From Dehalococcoidia bacterium (lineage in GTDB: Bacteria; Chloroflexota; Dehalococcoidia; UBA2979): a DNA stretch of 64,000 bases. The translations under genes were made by a program, and so were the position numbers. Position 1 is the first letter of the stretch. Each line of letters begins with the position of its first letter. The notes under the pieces were generated by a model. It saw nothing but the letters and a program-made list of their open reading frames with translations, was not told the origin of the DNA and made no database searches. The stretch covers positions 25,354 through 89,353 of the forward strand of contig JAIBBD010000002.1 in the NCBI GenBank assembly GCA_019694855.1, in the 5' to 3' direction. This document shows, piece after piece, positions 47,251 through 58,522 of the stretch.

Positions 47251-48135
47251 ATGGCGGGTGCCGGTGCAGTCCGTGCGATCCGTAGCCGCATCCGCTCTTT
47301 CGAGAGCGCGGCGAAGGTCACCACCGCGATGCAGCTCGTCGCTGCATCGAAGATGCGCCGCGCGCAGGACCGCGCGCTCGCCTCGCGTCCGTACTCCGAC
47401 CGCATGCGCAGCGTCCTCGCTCAGCTCTCCGGCTACGCCGCCAGCGCCGACCCCTCCGAGTTGCCCCCGCTGCTCCAGCAGCGTCCGGTGAAGCACTTCG
47501 CCTACGTGCACATCACCGCCGACCGAGGGCTCGCCGGCGGCCTCAACGCCAACATGAACCGCGCGGGCGCCTCGCTCGTCCTCGAGCACCAGCCGCTCGT
47601 CGAGCGCGTCTCCATCGCAGCCGTCGGCCGCAAGGGCCGCGACTTCTTCCGCCGCGCCAGCTTCCCGATGCTCGCCGAGTTCACGCAGCTCGGCGACTAC
47701 CCGGGTATGGCTCAGATCCTGCCGATCGCCCGCGTCATCATGGACGACTACGTGAACGGCGAGATCGACCAGGTCTTCATCGGCTACCAGCGTTTCGTGA
47801 ACACCGCCGTCCAGCGGCCCACCGTGCGCCAGATCCTGCCCGTCACCGCCCCCGAGGGCGACACGGGTCCGAGCGTCGACTTCCTCTTCGAGCCGTCGCC
47901 GCAGCAGCTCCTCGAGACGCTGCTGCCCCGCTACGTCGAAATGCAGATCTACGAGGCCGTCCTCGACGCTGCCGCGTCCGAACAGTCCGCCCGTATGGTC
48001 GCCATGCGCGCCGCCACGGACGCGGCGAACGAGATGGTGGCCGACCTCACACTCACCTACAACAAGGCCCGCCAGGAACTCATCACTGGCGAGCTGCTCG
48101 ACATCGTGGGCGGTTCCGCCGCCCTCGAGGCGTAA
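47251..48135 (+). CDS. atpG: F0F1 ATP synthase subunit gamma
   Basis: Gamma N- and C-terminal helices (IRSRIRSFESAAKVTTAMQLVAASKMRRAQ ... DIVGGSAALEA). Confidence 0.9.
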   Translation: MAGAGAVRAIRSRIRSFESAAKVTTAMQLVAASKMRRAQDRALASRPYSDRMRSVLAQLSGYAASADPSELPPLLQQRPVKHFAYVHITADRGLAGGLNANMNRAGASLVLEHQPLVERVSIAAVGRKGRDFFRRASFPMLAEFTQLGDYPGMAQILPIARVIMDDYVNGEIDQVFIGYQRFVNTAVQRPTVRQILPVTAPEGDTGPSVDFLFEPSPQQLLETLLPRYVEMQIYEAVLDAAASEQSARMVAMRAATDAANEMVADLTLTYNKARQELITGELLDIVGGSAALEA

Positions 48136-49626
<1,491 letters not shown>

Positions 49627-49646
49627 CCGCCATCGAGGAGAAATAG

Positions 49647-49712
49647 CCCCTCCCCCGGAGACGGGGGAGGACGGCAGCAGTAACGAATCCCCTCCCCCGG
49701 TTCGGGGAGGGT
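49647..49712 (+). other. Two tandem near-identical G/C hairpins between atpD and atpC
   Basis: CCCCTCCCCCGG-aga-CGGGGGAGG at 49647-49670 and CCCCTCCCCCGG-tt-CGGGGAGGG at 49688-49712. Each is a 9-10 bp perfect stem without a U-tract, followed by the GGGAGG SD of atpC. Confidence 0.55.
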
Positions 49713-49729
49713 GAGGGAGGGGGCCTGCA

Positions 49730-50173
49730 GTGCCACTGTCGCTCAGCGTCGTCACCGCAGAACGCACCGTCCTCCAGCGCGACGACGTACAGCGTCTCGT
49801 CGTCCCCACCTCCGAGGGCCAGATCACGGTCCTCCCGCACCACGCCGCCCTCATGTCCTCGCTCGGCTACGGCGAGATGCTCGCCTACGTCCCCGGGGAA
49901 ATCGTCGCCATGGCCGTCTTCGGCGGCTTCCTCCAGGTCGCCAACGACCAGGTCATCGTCCTCGCCGACGCCGCCGAGCGCGCCGACGAAATCAACGAGG
50001 AACGCGCCGACGCCGCCCGCCAGCGCGCCCAGCAGCGCCTCGCCGGCCAGCACACCGGCCCCGAGGCCCTGAACGTCCTCCGCGCCCGCCTCAGCCTCGA
50101 ACGCTCGCTCGTCCGCATCAAAGTCGCCCGCCGCCGCCGCGGCTCGGGCGTCCCCTCCATGGCCGAACGCTAG
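49730..50173 (+). CDS. atpC: F0F1 ATP synthase subunit epsilon
   Basis: Beta-sandwich plus C-terminal helix pattern (LSVVTAERTVLQRDDVQRLVVPTSEGQITVLPHHA). GTG start after GGGAGGGGG. Confidence 0.85.
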   Translation: MPLSLSVVTAERTVLQRDDVQRLVVPTSEGQITVLPHHAALMSSLGYGEMLAYVPGEIVAMAVFGGFLQVANDQVIVLADAAERADEINEERADAARQRAQQRLAGQHTGPEALNVLRARLSLERSLVRIKVARRRRGSGVPSMAER

Positions 50174-50236
50174 TCAAGCGCCTAACGGCGGGTCGCCGGC
50201 AAATCAGCAGCCCCGGCCTGCCCTATGCGCTGCTCT

Positions 50237-51076
50237 CTAGAGGAATGCTCGCACGGCCTCCGCAAACTCATCTGGCCGCTCGTGGTGCACAACGTGGCCG
50301 GCGCCGGTAATGCGGACGAACTGACACCCGGGTACGGTTTCTACAATCCGCGAGGCAAGCTCGGGAGTAAGTACATCGCTGTCGGCTCCACGGATGAGCA
50401 ACGTGGGGACCGTGATTCGCGCGAGGGATTCCCATCCGTGCTCCTGAGGCACCGCGACGACCGCCGGATCCTCGTGGAATGCCCGGTCGTACCGGTACGC
50501 GGAACGCCCGTCCGCGAGTCGCACCAGGTTGTTCTCGATCCGGTGCCGTACTTCGTCGGGAAGCTGGTTCGGCGCCAGCGACTGGGCCAACGAAATGGCA
50601 TCTTCAGACGACGGAAATTCATATGCGCCGGTTACGGTCGAAATCACGCGTGCCGAGCCAGCCGGAGCGGTGAGTGGTGCAATGTCGACGATCACTAGCC
50701 GCGAAAGTTCAGGCGGCCGGCGCGAGGCATAGGTGTAGGCCGCTCTGCCACCCAGTGACAACCCGAGCACGGCGAACTGTCTCAGCCCAAGGGCTTTGAC
50801 GAACGCCTCGATGTCGTCGGCGAGGTAGAGGGGTGAATACTGGTCTCGTGGCGCCCACTGCGACTCGCCATGTCCTCGCATGTCGAGCGCGAGTACTCGA
50901 AAACGATCTCGCATCGCCAGGGCGAACGAATCCCACGTGCGCGAGTGGTGAGTGAATCCATGAATCAGCAGGAGGATCGGCGCATCGGGGGTGGTGCTCA
51001 ACCAGTCACGGTAATGCAGGCGAAGACCATTCAGTTGCACGAACTCATCTCGTACGATCTCTTGGGCTTCGTTCAC
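50237..51076 (-). CDS. Alpha/beta-fold hydrolase
   Basis: HGFTHHSRTW, the nucleophile elbow GLSLGG and a C-terminal His are present. Confidence 0.75.
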   Translation of the reverse strand: MNEAQEIVRDEFVQLNGLRLHYRDWLSTTPDAPILLLIHGFTHHSRTWDSFALAMRDRFRVLALDMRGHGESQWAPRDQYSPLYLADDIEAFVKALGLRQFAVLGLSLGGRAAYTYASRRPPELSRLVIVDIAPLTAPAGSARVISTVTGAYEFPSSEDAISLAQSLAPNQLPDEVRHRIENNLVRLADGRSAYRYDRAFHEDPAVVAVPQEHGWESLARITVPTLLIRGADSDVLTPELASRIVETVPGCQFVRITGAGHVVHHERPDEFAEAVRAFL

Positions 51077-51269
51077 GGGACCCCTCGGTTCCTCACGGGT
51101 GGCACCGCCCGGATAGTACAGCAGTGATAGGCCTCGACGTGCCTGCGGCCTACTGAGCCTGCTAGGGTTCGTCGCGCAATCGCCTACGAGCCCCCGGCTC
51201 CCCTCCGCGCCTCGCCACCCGCGCTACCCTGACCCCAAGCCCTCCGCCCCCAACCAACGAGGAGACCCC

Positions 51270-51836
51270 ATCGCCCACCTCATCTACGCCATCAACGCCT
51301 CCCTCGACGGCTACATCGAGGACAGCGAAGGCAACTTCGACTGGACCGAGCCCGATGAGGAACTGCACCTGTTCTTCAACGACCTCCTCCGCCCCATCGG
51401 CACCGAGCTCTACGGCCGCCGTATGTACGAGACCATGGCCGTTTGGGAGACCGACCCGAGCTTCACCGAGGACTCCAAGGTCCTGCGCGACTTCGCGGCC
51501 GTCTGGCAGGCCACCGACAAGATCGTCTACTCCACCACCCTCGAGGCGCCCCTCACCGCCCGCACCCGCACCGAACGCACTTTCGACGCCGAGGCCGTCC
51601 GCCGCCTCAAAGCCGAGTCATCCGCCGACCTCGCCATCGGCGGCCCCGAGCTGGCCGCCCACGCCTTCCGGGCCGGCCTCATCGATGAATGCCACCTCGT
51701 GCTGCACCCCGTCGCCGTCGGTGCTGGTAAACCCGCCCTTCCGAGGGACTTCCGCCTCGACCTCGAACTCCTCCACGAGCGCCGGTTCAACTGCGGCGTC
51801 GTGGACCTCCACTACCGCGTCTGCCGGCCTGCGTGA
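51270..51836 (+). CDS. Dihydrofolate reductase-family protein (RibD C-terminal domain / YwjB-like), apparent ATC start
   Basis: Family homology (IYAINASLDGYI...LYGRRMYE...LAIGGPELAAHAFRAGLIDECHLVLHPV) begins upstream of the first ATG (51423). The frame is open back to the stop at 51162 with no ATG/GTG/TTG, but GAGGAG at 51259-51264 is followed 5 nt later by an in-frame ATC at 51270. Confidence 0.55.
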   Translation: MAHLIYAINASLDGYIEDSEGNFDWTEPDEELHLFFNDLLRPIGTELYGRRMYETMAVWETDPSFTEDSKVLRDFAAVWQATDKIVYSTTLEAPLTARTRTERTFDAEAVRRLKAESSADLAIGGPELAAHAFRAGLIDECHLVLHPVAVGAGKPALPRDFRLDLELLHERRFNCGVVDLHYRVCRPA

Positions 51837-51852
51837 ACCGCCGAGGGCCCAA

Positions 51853-52104
51853 CTACGCCCGGGGCGGAAACACTTTCGCCGCCTCGAGGTCCGCGTCGAG
51901 TGAGTCCGTGAACCGCGCTACGAGTGACTGCGCATCAGCCAGTCCCCTGTTGTAAAAGTGCGGCGCGATCTCCTCCGCGAGGAACTCGAACAGCAACGTC
52001 GCGCCGAGCTCACCCAGCTCCTCGCCTCGCTCCCGCTCGAAGTACGCGCGCAGCCGGCGCACTGCGTCCTCGCGGTCTTCTTTGCCGAGCACCACCTTGG
52101 ACAT
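51853..52104 (-). CDS. DUF2164 family protein
   Basis: MSKVVLGKEDREDAVRRLRAYFERERGEELGELGATLLFEFLAEEIAPHFYNRG is the DUF2164 signature. Start set at the internal ATG. Confidence 0.65.
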   Translation of the reverse strand: MSKVVLGKEDREDAVRRLRAYFERERGEELGELGATLLFEFLAEEIAPHFYNRGLADAQSLVARFTDSLDADLEAAKVFPPRA

Positions 52105-52187
52105 CGTCACCTCCTCCCCGGATACGCGAGGCGGCATTCGAGCATCCACCCGCCCCCATATCTCGCCTCGTCCGTTATCCTCGCCTC

Positions 52188-53450
52188 GTGACGACCAAGA
52201 CCGCCACACGCCTCGTCATCCGCGGCGGACGCCCCCTTCGAGGGCGCGTCACCGTCTCCGGCTCCAAGAACGCCTCCCTCTACGCCCTCGCCGCCGGCCT
52301 CCTCACCGCTGAGCCCGTCACCCTGCGCCGCGTCCCCGCCATCGCGGACATCGGCGAGATGGCCGAGGTCCTGCGCTCGCTCGGCGCGGACGTCACCATC
52401 GAGGACGAGACGGTCCACATCGAGGCCCGTGAGGTCAACGGCCGCGTCCCGCCCGCTGACCAGGTGGCCGCCCTGCGCGCCTCCTTCCTCGTCATGGGCC
52501 CACTGCTCGCCCGCTTCGGCGAGGCCGCCTGCCCGCCCCCCGGCGGCGACGTCATCGGCGTCCGCCCCCTCGATGTCCACCTCGCCGGCTTCAACGCCCT
52601 TGGCGCCGATGTCCGCCGCGAAGGCCAGGAGTTCGTCGCTCGCGCTACCCGCCTCCGGGGCACCCGCATCTTCCTCGACTACCCCAGCGTCCTCGGCACC
52701 GTGAACGTCCTCTTCGCCGCCACCCTCGCCGAGGGCACCACCACCATCATCAATGCCGCCGCTGAGCCCGAGGTCGCCATGGCCGTCGAGATGCTCAACC
52801 TGATGGGCGCGAAGATCGCTGGCGGCGGCACGAACGTCATCACCGTCGACGGCGTCGAAGTGCTCCACGGCGTCGACTTCACCGTCATCCCCGACCGCAT
52901 CGAGGCGGGCACCTACTTGCTCGCGGGCGTCGCCACCGGCGGTGACGTCGAGGTCATCGGCGCGACGCCGGACCACCTCGACAGCCTCATCACCAAGCTC
53001 CGAGAGGCGCAGGTGCTCGTCGAACCCTGCGAAGGCGGCCTGCGCGCCGCGCGTGGCGACCGCTTCCAGGCCGTGCAGCTCCAGGCCGTCCCCTACCCTG
53101 GCTTCGCCACGGACCTCCACGCGCCGATGGCCGCCGCCCTCACGCAGGCCAGCGGCGTCTCGATCATTCATGAGCGTGTCTTCGAGAACCGCCTGCTCTA
53201 CGTCGGCGAGCTGCGCTCCATGGGCGCGCGCATCACCACCGGTGGCCAGGCCGTCATGATCGAAGGCCCAACGCCGCTGTTCGGCACCTCGGTCCGGGCC
53301 CTCGATGTCCGCGCCGGCGCCGCCGTCGTCCTCGCCGGCCTCTGCGCCGAGGGCGAGACGACCATCCGCGACATCACCCACATTGACCGCGGCTACGCCC
53401 ACCTCGTCGAGCGCCTCACCGCCCTCGGCGCCGACGTCTCGAGGGAATAG
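52188..53450 (+). CDS. murA: UDP-N-acetylglucosamine 1-carboxyvinyltransferase
   Basis: EPSP-synthase fold motifs (VSGSKNASL, GGDVIGVRPLDVHL, the active-site Cys region GEAACPPPGG, GFATDLHAPM). GTG start. Confidence 0.9.
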   Translation: MTTKTATRLVIRGGRPLRGRVTVSGSKNASLYALAAGLLTAEPVTLRRVPAIADIGEMAEVLRSLGADVTIEDETVHIEAREVNGRVPPADQVAALRASFLVMGPLLARFGEAACPPPGGDVIGVRPLDVHLAGFNALGADVRREGQEFVARATRLRGTRIFLDYPSVLGTVNVLFAATLAEGTTTIINAAAEPEVAMAVEMLNLMGAKIAGGGTNVITVDGVEVLHGVDFTVIPDRIEAGTYLLAGVATGGDVEVIGATPDHLDSLITKLREAQVLVEPCEGGLRAARGDRFQAVQLQAVPYPGFATDLHAPMAAALTQASGVSIIHERVFENRLLYVGELRSMGARITTGGQAVMIEGPTPLFGTSVRALDVRAGAAVVLAGLCAEGETTIRDITHIDRGYAHLVERLTALGADVSRE

Positions 53451-53460
53451 GTCGGTCGGT

Positions 53461-54784
53461 CTAGAACGCGGGCTGCGCCTCGATCAGCTCGAGCCCGCCG
53501 AGGTACGGCCGCAACGCCGCAGGCACCTCGATGCCCTCCGGCCGTTCGTACTGCTCGAGCACCGTCGCCAGGACGCGCGGCAACGCCAGCCCGGAGCCGT
53601 TCAGCGTGTTGAGGTGCCGTACCCGCCCCTCGGCGTCCCGGTAGCGCAGGTTCGCCCGCCGCGCCTGGAAGTCGAGGAAGTTCGACACCGACGACACTTC
53701 GAGCCACTCCCGCGACCCGGGCGCCCACACCTCGATGTCATAGGTCATCGCCGAGGCGAACGTGATGTCGGCCGAGGCCAGCCGGATCACCCGGTACCGA
53801 AACCCCAGCGCCCGCACGATCGCGAGCGCGTCCTGCACCAGCTGCTCGAGGGCGTCCCACGACGCGCCTTCGTCGGTAAACTGCACCATCTCGACCTTGT
53901 CGAACTGGTGGCCGCGCTTGATGCCGCGCACGTCGCGGCCCGCGCTCATCCGCTCGCGCCGGAACGAGGGCGTGTACGCCACGTGCCGGATCGGCAGCGC
54001 CGAGGCTGCCACGATCTCGTCGCGGTACATGTTCGTCACCGGGACCTCGGCCGTCGGCACGAGCCACAGGTCGTCCTCGACGTCGTGGTACATCGTCTCG
54101 GCGAACTTCGGCAGCTGCCCGGTGCCGACGAGCATCTCCTCCTTCACCACGAAGGGGACGTACACCTCGCGGTACCCCTGCTCGCGATGCACGTCGATCA
54201 TCCAGGCAATCAACGCGCGCTGGAGCCGCGCGGCGTCGCCCTTGAGGATGTAGAAGCGCGAGCCCGCGACTTTCGCCCCGCGCTCGAAGTCGATGAGCCC
54301 CAGGGCCTCGCCGATCTCCCAGTGCGGACGTCGCGAGGCGTCCTCGGGGGGCGCCGGGTCGTCCGCCGCGCGCCGAGTCGGCTCGACGGCCTGTTCTGTG
54401 CCCGCGCGCCCGTCCCCCTCGATCACAACGACCGCGTCCGACTCGCCGCCGAGCGGCACTCGCTCGTCGAAGAGGTTGGGCACCTGCAGCAGCAGCGAGG
54501 TGAGCGTCGCGTCCGCCTCCCGCAGCCGCCCCTCGAGGATGTCGAGCTCGCTCCCGGCCGCCCGTTGCGCCTCGATCATTTGCTGGCGCTCTGCCGCGTC
54601 CTTCGCTGCTCCGATCGCTTTGCTCGCGCGGTTGCGCTCGGCCCGCAGCGCCTCCACTTCGCCCAGGAGTGTCCGGTGCTCGCTGTCCGCGCGCAGGATC
54701 TCGTCGATCGGCACGTCCATCTGCCGGTCCGTGCACGCCTGTCGCACCGCGTCGGTCTGCTCGCGGATCGTCTGTATCGAGAGC
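53461..54784 (-). CDS. serS: Serine--tRNA ligase
   Basis: N-terminal coiled coil and class II motifs (RHVAYTPSFRRE, FDKVEMVQF, NGSGLALPR). GTG start gives the conserved LSIQTIREQ N-terminus. Confidence 0.9.
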
Positions 54785-54785
54785 A

Positions 54786-55292
54786 CTAGGCAGCGTCCGC
54801 TTCCAGCGCCCGCACCGCCGCGATCGCGTCGAGGCCAAGCTGACGCACGTCCTCCGGGATGACCGCGGACCCAGCGCCGTCCGGCCGTTCGAGTTCGGAC
54901 TCCGTCCGCAGCTCGTCCTCGGACACCCACAGCCATCCGTTGCCGTCCGAGGGGAGTTCGAGCGACTCCCCGGCTCGTGGACGCGTGAAGTAGATCAGGT
55001 CGATATGCTGATGGGGCCTCCCGGGCTCCTCGATGTCATACACGCCGATGGTCACCGGCGGCGGCAGTTGCCGGGGTTGCGCATACCCATAGCGCCCCGA
55101 GGTTGGCACGATCTCCGCGCGCATCCCCGTCTCCTCGTGCACCTCGCGCAGCACCGCCTGGATCGGGTCTTCGTTCTCCTCGATGTGGCCTCCCGGGGGC
55201 AGCCACAGCCCGAGGCGGTGCCAGTGCAGCGCCGTGCACCCACCCTGGCTCACGAACCCGCTGACCGTGAAGTGCCGCTCCACCACGCCCAT
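54786..55292 (-). CDS. NUDIX hydrolase
   Basis: The Nudix box GGHIEENEDPIQAVLREVHEETG is present. Confidence 0.8.
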   Translation of the reverse strand: MGVVERHFTVSGFVSQGGCTALHWHRLGLWLPPGGHIEENEDPIQAVLREVHEETGMRAEIVPTSGRYGYAQPRQLPPPVTIGVYDIEEPGRPHQHIDLIYFTRPRAGESLELPSDGNGWLWVSEDELRTESELERPDGAGSAVIPEDVRQLGLDAIAAVRALEADAA

Positions 55293-55364
55293 CGGCCGAG
55301 CGTAGCAGCGCCCCATCGAGGCGGCAACGAAACGCTAAGATCACTCATCCGAGGGGAGCCTGCC

Positions 55365-56480
55365 ATGCTCGACGAACCCGCGCTGCGCACCCTGGGCCTC
55401 CGCTTCGCCGAGCGGGACGCCAAGGACCTCGACGCTTATCCGGTCGCCAACGTCGACGACCTGAAAGCCGCCGCCCTCCTCGGCGCACCCTTCGCGCCTT
55501 CCCTCGGCGGACACGGCTGGACGGCGGCGGAGGCGGCGCGCGCCATCGAGCTGCTCGCCTCCTATTCCCCCTCGACCGCCCTCATCTGGGCCATGCCCCT
55601 CGGCTTCGCCGGTATCTACTCCATGGACGTCGAAGTCGTGCCTCCCGAGGCGCGCACCGCCTGGTCGGCTCAGGTCGACGAGGTCACCGCGCGATACCGC
55701 GCCGGCCAGCTCTACGCCGCCTGTAACTCCGAGCGGGGCGCGGGCGGTTCGGTCGCCGCCACCCAGACCACGGCCCGCCGAGGCGCGGACGGCGTCTTCC
55801 GCCTCACCGGCGACAAGATCCTCGCCACCTCCGGCTCCTATGCCGATGTTTTCTTCTCCACGGCAAAAGTCACGCCGCAGGACCTTCCCGGCGCGGGCGT
55901 AGTCGAGTTCTTCCTCGTCCCGACGCGCACTCCAGGCGTCGAGGTGCTCACCGACTGGGACGGCTTCGGCATGCGGTCGACCGAGAGCCACACGGTCCGC
56001 TACCAGGACGCTCCCGCCGAGGGCATCCTCGGCTTTCCCGACTTCCTCGCGCGCATCCAACCCCTCGAGTACTGGTTCAATCTCTTCGCGGCCATCCCCC
56101 TCGGCTGCGCCCGAGGCATGCTGCGCGCCCTTTCGACGTCTACGCCCGCTGCCCCCGCGCTCCGCGTCCGGCTGAACGACGCCCGCATGCGTTACGAGGC
56201 CTTGCGCGCCTACCTCCTTGAGACCGCCGCCGCCTGGCGTCCGGCCGGCGGCCCCGAGTATGCCGCCCGCGTCCTCCGCACCAAGACCTACGTGGGCCAG
56301 GAAGCGACCGCGCTCTGTGCCACCCTCTTCGCCCTCGGCGGCGGCCGTCACTACCGCCGCAACGACCCCCTCGCCCGCCTGCTCGCCGACTCCTTCGCGG
56401 GCACCGCCCTTCGTCCCCCGCTCCCCCTCGCCCTCGACGCCATGCTTGACCAGTTCGGCTCCTCCGAGGAATACGCCTGA
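55365..56480 (+). CDS. Acyl-CoA dehydrogenase-family protein
   Basis: ACAD middle-domain pattern (FFLVPTRTPGVEVLTDWDGFGMRSTESHTVRYQDAPAEGILG). ATG after GAGGGGAG. Confidence 0.65.
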   Translation: MLDEPALRTLGLRFAERDAKDLDAYPVANVDDLKAAALLGAPFAPSLGGHGWTAAEAARAIELLASYSPSTALIWAMPLGFAGIYSMDVEVVPPEARTAWSAQVDEVTARYRAGQLYAACNSERGAGGSVAATQTTARRGADGVFRLTGDKILATSGSYADVFFSTAKVTPQDLPGAGVVEFFLVPTRTPGVEVLTDWDGFGMRSTESHTVRYQDAPAEGILGFPDFLARIQPLEYWFNLFAAIPLGCARGMLRALSTSTPAAPALRVRLNDARMRYEALRAYLLETAAAWRPAGGPEYAARVLRTKTYVGQEATALCATLFALGGGRHYRRNDPLARLLADSFAGTALRPPLPLALDAMLDQFGSSEEYA

Positions 56481-56491
56481 GGCCGACGGCG

Positions 56492-57112
56492 TCAGCCTCG
56501 CCGCAGCAGCAACCGCGACAGCGTCTCCGCTAACCAGGTTTCGTATTCGTCTGGCGACCACCCGAGTGTGTCCGTGCCGAGGAAATACTGCTCCGCGCTC
56601 GTCAGCAGCCACATTCCCTCGGCCGCCCGTCCGGCGTCGACATCCGTCGCAAGCGCGCCCAGTTCCCCCCAGCGCGCGATGAGGAGGCGGCACCCCTCGA
56701 GCCGGCGTCCGTTCCCTACCGCCGCCATGCGTTGCACGTCCTCGTCGTCCCGCACCTGCATCGCCGCCCGCAGGACGGGCGCGCCGCGCTCGAACAGCGT
56801 GCGTACGAAGTGCACGAATGTGCGTAGCTGGCGTTCCGGATCCTCTTCGGCCAGCACACGCTCGCCGGCATCCTCGCCCCCGGCCAGCTCCTCCAGCTCG
56901 TCCATCATCTCCCGGACGATCCCGCTTTTTGACTCGAAGGCCGCGTACACGGTGGGGACCGCGACGCCCGCACGCGCCGCGATCTGAGCGACCGTCGTCG
57001 CCGTAAACCCCTGTTCCTCGAACAGCTCTCGGGCGCTGCGCCGAATGGCGAGACGAGTCTCTCGGGCACGTTCTGCCCGGAGCCGTGACTGGTAGGAGCG
57101 ACGCGTTGACAC
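56492..57112 (-). CDS. TetR/AcrR-family transcriptional regulator
   Basis: HTH TVAQIAARAGVAVPTVYAAFESK. Confidence 0.8.
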   Translation of the reverse strand: MSTRRSYQSRLRAERARETRLAIRRSARELFEEQGFTATTVAQIAARAGVAVPTVYAAFESKSGIVREMMDELEELAGGEDAGERVLAEEDPERQLRTFVHFVRTLFERGAPVLRAAMQVRDDEDVQRMAAVGNGRRLEGCRLLIARWGELGALATDVDAGRAAEGMWLLTSAEQYFLGTDTLGWSPDEYETWLAETLSRLLLRRG

Positions 57113-57167
57113 GTCGTCAGCTTAACAAGTATATGAAACTATAATGAATAAATGAAGGAGCTATCAA
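57113..57167. promoter_or_regulatory. AT-rich divergent promoter island between the TetR and DUF998 genes
   Basis: CTTAACAAGTATATGAAACTATAATGAATAAATGAAGGAGCTATCAAATG is about 25% GC in a 70% GC background. It has a TATAAT -10 and an AAGGAG SD 8 nt before the start. Confidence 0.55.
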
Positions 57168-57812
57168 ATGGTGAGAATCCTCGGCTTCATCGCGGCCGTC
57201 GGTCCGGTCGTGTTTGTACTCGGCATCGTGGCCGCGGGTGCCGTGTATCCCGGCTACGATCATGTCGACCAGATGATCAGCGAACTGGGCGGGGCCGACG
57301 CCACGCATCCTTGGCTGCAAAACATGAACTTCGTGCTGTTCGGGCTCTCGGTCGTTGGCCTCGCGCTCGCCCTCGTCCTCGACGCGCATCGCCTCCTCGC
57401 CGGAGCCGTCCTTCTTGCCGCGCTCGGCATCTTCGGCACGACCCTCGAGGGTATCGTCCACTGCGACTCCGGCTGCCTCGGGAACACCGCCGCGGGCCAG
57501 GCGCACCTCGTGAGCGGCCTCTTCGGGTTCGTCTGCGGCATCACGGCCCTCTTCCTCCTCGCCCGGCACTGGCGCAACGATCCGCGCTGGTCTGCACACG
57601 CGAGGCTCACCCGCCGGCTGGCGTGGCTCGCGTTGATCGGCCTCATCGTCTTCGTGGCCAGCGACGCCACTCCGCGATTCGACGGCCTCGCGCAGCGCGT
57701 CTTCGTGGCCCCGCTGCTCGTGTTCTGCGCCTCGACCGGCTGGCGCCTGTTCCGGCTCGCGAGCGCTCCGGCCGGCGCGCACGATCGCGAGGCCGCCGCC
57801 TCCGCCGCCTGA
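57168..57812 (+). CDS. DUF998-family membrane protein
   Basis: Five to six TM helices and YPGYDHVDQMISELG near the N-terminus, typical of DUF998. It is divergent from a TetR gene. Confidence 0.55.
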   Translation: MVRILGFIAAVGPVVFVLGIVAAGAVYPGYDHVDQMISELGGADATHPWLQNMNFVLFGLSVVGLALALVLDAHRLLAGAVLLAALGIFGTTLEGIVHCDSGCLGNTAAGQAHLVSGLFGFVCGITALFLLARHWRNDPRWSAHARLTRRLAWLALIGLIVFVASDATPRFDGLAQRVFVAPLLVFCASTGWRLFRLASAPAGAHDREAAASAA

Positions 57813-57861
57813 GCCGCGGCGGCGCCTGCATTGAGGGGGCTCGAGGTCATCCCTCCGGCCG

Positions 57862-58521
57862 ATGCCTCAGGCCGTGAGATCGCGCGATGATCGCCTCCTC
57901 GAGGAGGCGATCATCGCGGCGCGTCGTCAGTCGCACCGGTCATCCTTCATCCTGGCCGCTCTCGGGATCGGTCTCGTCGCCGCCGCGTTGCCCGTGTTCG
58001 TCACGCACGGTCGCCCGTGCGCCGCGCCCGCACCGCCGAGGCCGGGCGCCCTAACCTACCTGGTCCTCACCTCGGACCGGCGCGTCGAGGAACTCCGCTG
58101 CGAAGCCCACGGCCGCCTCGTCTTCGTCCGCGTCCACGGCTCGAGTGAGGTGTCCGCTCGACTCCTCGACGGCTCGGTCGCGGGCGTCATCCTCGACCGC
58201 GCCGCGCTCGCCCGTCTTCGACCCGGACAGCTCCACCAGTGGCTCACGACCTCGTCCGGCAGGGCCCTCGTCGGTTTCGAGGTGACGGCCTCCCGGCTAC
58301 GCTCGGACGCCGAGGGCTCGGTGCCTCCGCTCCATGACGACGGTTGGGGGCCCGACCTCGACGATTCGTTCTACGGCCATCTGGCCTTCCGCTCGTCGCC
58401 CGAGGCCGGCGTCTGCGGCAGCAGCGGCACCACCCCGTATCGAGGCCCGTCGCCCGCCACGGCGCTCGTCAGGCGTCTCCTTGCCTGGGCGTCGCCCGCC
58501 GGCGGCTGTGGCTTCGGTTGA
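57862..58521 (+). CDS. Hypothetical protein (one predicted TM helix)
   Basis: Strong GC3 bias over 219 codons. No recognisable family. Confidence 0.4.
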   Translation: MPQAVRSRDDRLLEEAIIAARRQSHRSSFILAALGIGLVAAALPVFVTHGRPCAAPAPPRPGALTYLVLTSDRRVEELRCEAHGRLVFVRVHGSSEVSARLLDGSVAGVILDRAALARLRPGQLHQWLTTSSGRALVGFEVTASRLRSDAEGSVPPLHDDGWGPDLDDSFYGHLAFRSSPEAGVCGSSGTTPYRGPSPATALVRRLLAWASPAGGCGFG

Positions 58522-58522
58522 C

